64,000 bases of DNA, taken from positions 379,380 through 443,379 of the forward strand of contig RHPI01001116.1 of the NCBI GenBank assembly GCA_009103225.1. Reading direction: 5' to 3'. The position numbers were made by a program, and so were the translations under genes. Below are positions 62,183 through 64,000 of this stretch, piece after piece (positions within the stretch are counted from its first letter, which is position 1; each line of letters starts with the position of its first letter). Source of the stretch: Chlorokybus atmophyticus (lineage: Eukaryota > Plantae > Mesostigma and Chlorokybus algae). The notes under the pieces are model-generated. The model saw only the letters and a list, made by a program, of their open reading frames with translations, did not search any database and had not been told where the DNA came from.

Positions 62183-63045
62183 CCACAGCAGTACAGTTTT
62201 GGTTGGTAGCATTGCGGCGATAAGGTAGAGACTACTACCTCGTTGATTGCTAGTAATTGTGCACTTGGCAGAGCGCCAAACAGGCAACAATGCACATGCA
62301 CGCAGAGAACTGCTGCAAATGTATGTACCGTGTATTACCCCTTCCCCTCACCTTTCTGTGCCGTGTTAGAACACATGTGCTTTGCGTCAGCCCATGGCGC
62401 CTGGGGTTACGCCACCTCAGGGTGCCTGGTGTTCAAAAGATTTTATGCCTCATATATGAACTCTAGTCATAGAATGCCCGCCGTGGGGTGGTCAGTTCGG
62501 TGCTTCACTGGGATAGCCCGGGTACATAACTCCCCCAGGCAGTTTCACTTCTGCACTGCCGTTTTGCAGGCTGTGCTCAGTTAAGTCGTATGAGTTCATG
62601 GGTAAGCGTATACTCCAGAAAGTGTTTGCAGTTCTGTGGCGCAAACAATGTGCTCACCCAGCTTATCTGTGGGTGCAGATTAGCTTCCATAAACACTGCC
62701 TGCCTCACTTACGCTACATCAGTACATGTTCTAGTCACCAGTAATGGGCACAGCAGCAACATTTATCAACGTCTTCTGCACAATACCGATTGCAACTTCT
62801 GACAGCCTGGTAAATGAACCGCCCGACATGTGGCTCAACAACAGGAGGCCAGTCCGTCCCGCTGTGGTCATGGGAGCATACTGAAGGTGATGATCAGAAA
62901 CAATCGCCATACCAATGCTGATAGAACTCGGCCGCAACACAGCTAAAACAACGGACCAGATGCTGCACTGGCAAAATCAAAAGACTGCGAATTGCCACCA
63001 AAATTGCTGTCACAATCCAATAGCATCTGGTTTCACACCATACCT

Positions 63046-64000
63046 TTATTGCAACGAGTTGACAAAAAGAACTACAACGACCGTAACGCCAATAATCACA
63101 GGAATGGCGCTGACGATGTACAAAAATCCGTAACCCTGCAATGGACAGCATTCAGGCAATGATAAACACTCAAACAGCATATAACAGTGCAAGAGCAGAA
63201 AAGTCTAGGTTGATAGCACATTTAGGTTCAAAACCAATCAACCAAAATATGTTAGTTGGGGTGAAGCTCAGCACACTCACCAGCCAAGGTGGCAGCTTTG
63301 CCTCCAGCCCAGGCTCTTTCTCCTCTTCGTCATTGTCAACGTCCAGATCGGGATCGTAGTTGGCATCACCTGCGCGTTCCCGATCTCGCTTGCGCTGTTG
63401 CATCTCCTTTGCTTCGTTTGCTCGCCTTGATCGCTCCGCCACTGTCAACAATGAATGTACTTGAGCAAACGCACTCATCCATTCTTCCATAACATAACCA
63501 TAAAACAGACATGCGGAGTTCATGCAGAGGCAGAATCACACAGTACTAACTATAGCAACGGATGAAGCACAACATGACATGAGGCTTTTGATTGCTGCTG
63601 GTGCTGGGTAAGCAATTGTGCGCATGGTTGCTTAATGTGACTGTCATATTGAAGAACATAGACTCAACCTCTTGACCTGATGTGGTGAACAGGCAGTTCG
63701 CAACAAAGCAATGCTTACAACCGGTATGCTGCAAGCCAGGGACACCACATCGTTGTGCAAACAGCCACTGTTGTCAAGTGAGCACCCCGATGCTTTACCT
63801 GAAAGCCCTGTGCTGGTGACCTCCGCATATGGCGATTGAACCTCCTCATCCGCTGGAGCCTCTTGCTGCGTAACACACCAAGCAAGTCAGCGGCTGATGC
63901 ACAAGCGTGTAGCTCCCGTATTGCAACACGATGCTCACAGCGTACGTCAAGCCCGGGCCAATTGAGCAACTCATCCGCAAGCAAGCGAAGCGCCGCTCTG
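63046..64000 (-). CDS. Uncharacterised protein with a C-terminal transmembrane helix; 5' end beyond the window
   Basis: Phase-compatible exons QEAPADEEVQSPYAEVTSTGLS|VAERSRRANE...KLPPWL|GYGFLYIVSAIPVIIGVTVVVVLFVNSLQ* (TAA 63046-63048). Confidence 0.75.

Noticed and set aside
1-64000. Non-standard code (TAA/TAG = Gln) as in some ulvophytes
   Set aside because: Conserved genes end at TAA, TAG and TGA, and no conserved exon contains an in-frame TAA or TAG.

Overview
Eukaryotic, intron-rich nuclear DNA from a flagellated green-lineage alga. Evidence: plant-like VTE6, HP30/TRIC, chromomethylase and WRKY sequences, the ciliary gene CFAP299, TTTAGGG/telo-box motifs and the standard genetic code. 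An early-diverging streptophyte alga is my inference, not something the sequence proves. Two housekeeping blocks flank an accessory block. Left (1-20.2 kb): ArgRS, a secreted VWD/root-cap-like protein, an NmrA-like protein, VTE6, EME1 and SerRS. Right (49.8-64 kb): an F-box/WD40 gene, a hAT relic, a tRNA-derived SINE-like element, CFAP299, HP30/TRIC and a partial membrane-protein gene. The accessory block (about 20.3-47.9 kb) holds a decayed chromomethylase, a long inverted duplication with two outward-facing non-canonical WRKY genes (WKTYGKK; 15 synonymous vs 7 non-synonymous codon differences), a solo LTR with a perfect 5-bp TSD, a LINE-endonuclease relic and an ET/GIY-YIG-like relic. The most unusual pattern is a large excess of perfect or near-perfect short palindromes with a 1-nt loop. 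Several exist in only one arm of the duplication, so they arose as templated inverted insertions. All exon models and homologies were made by eye from remembered family motifs; no database search was run.
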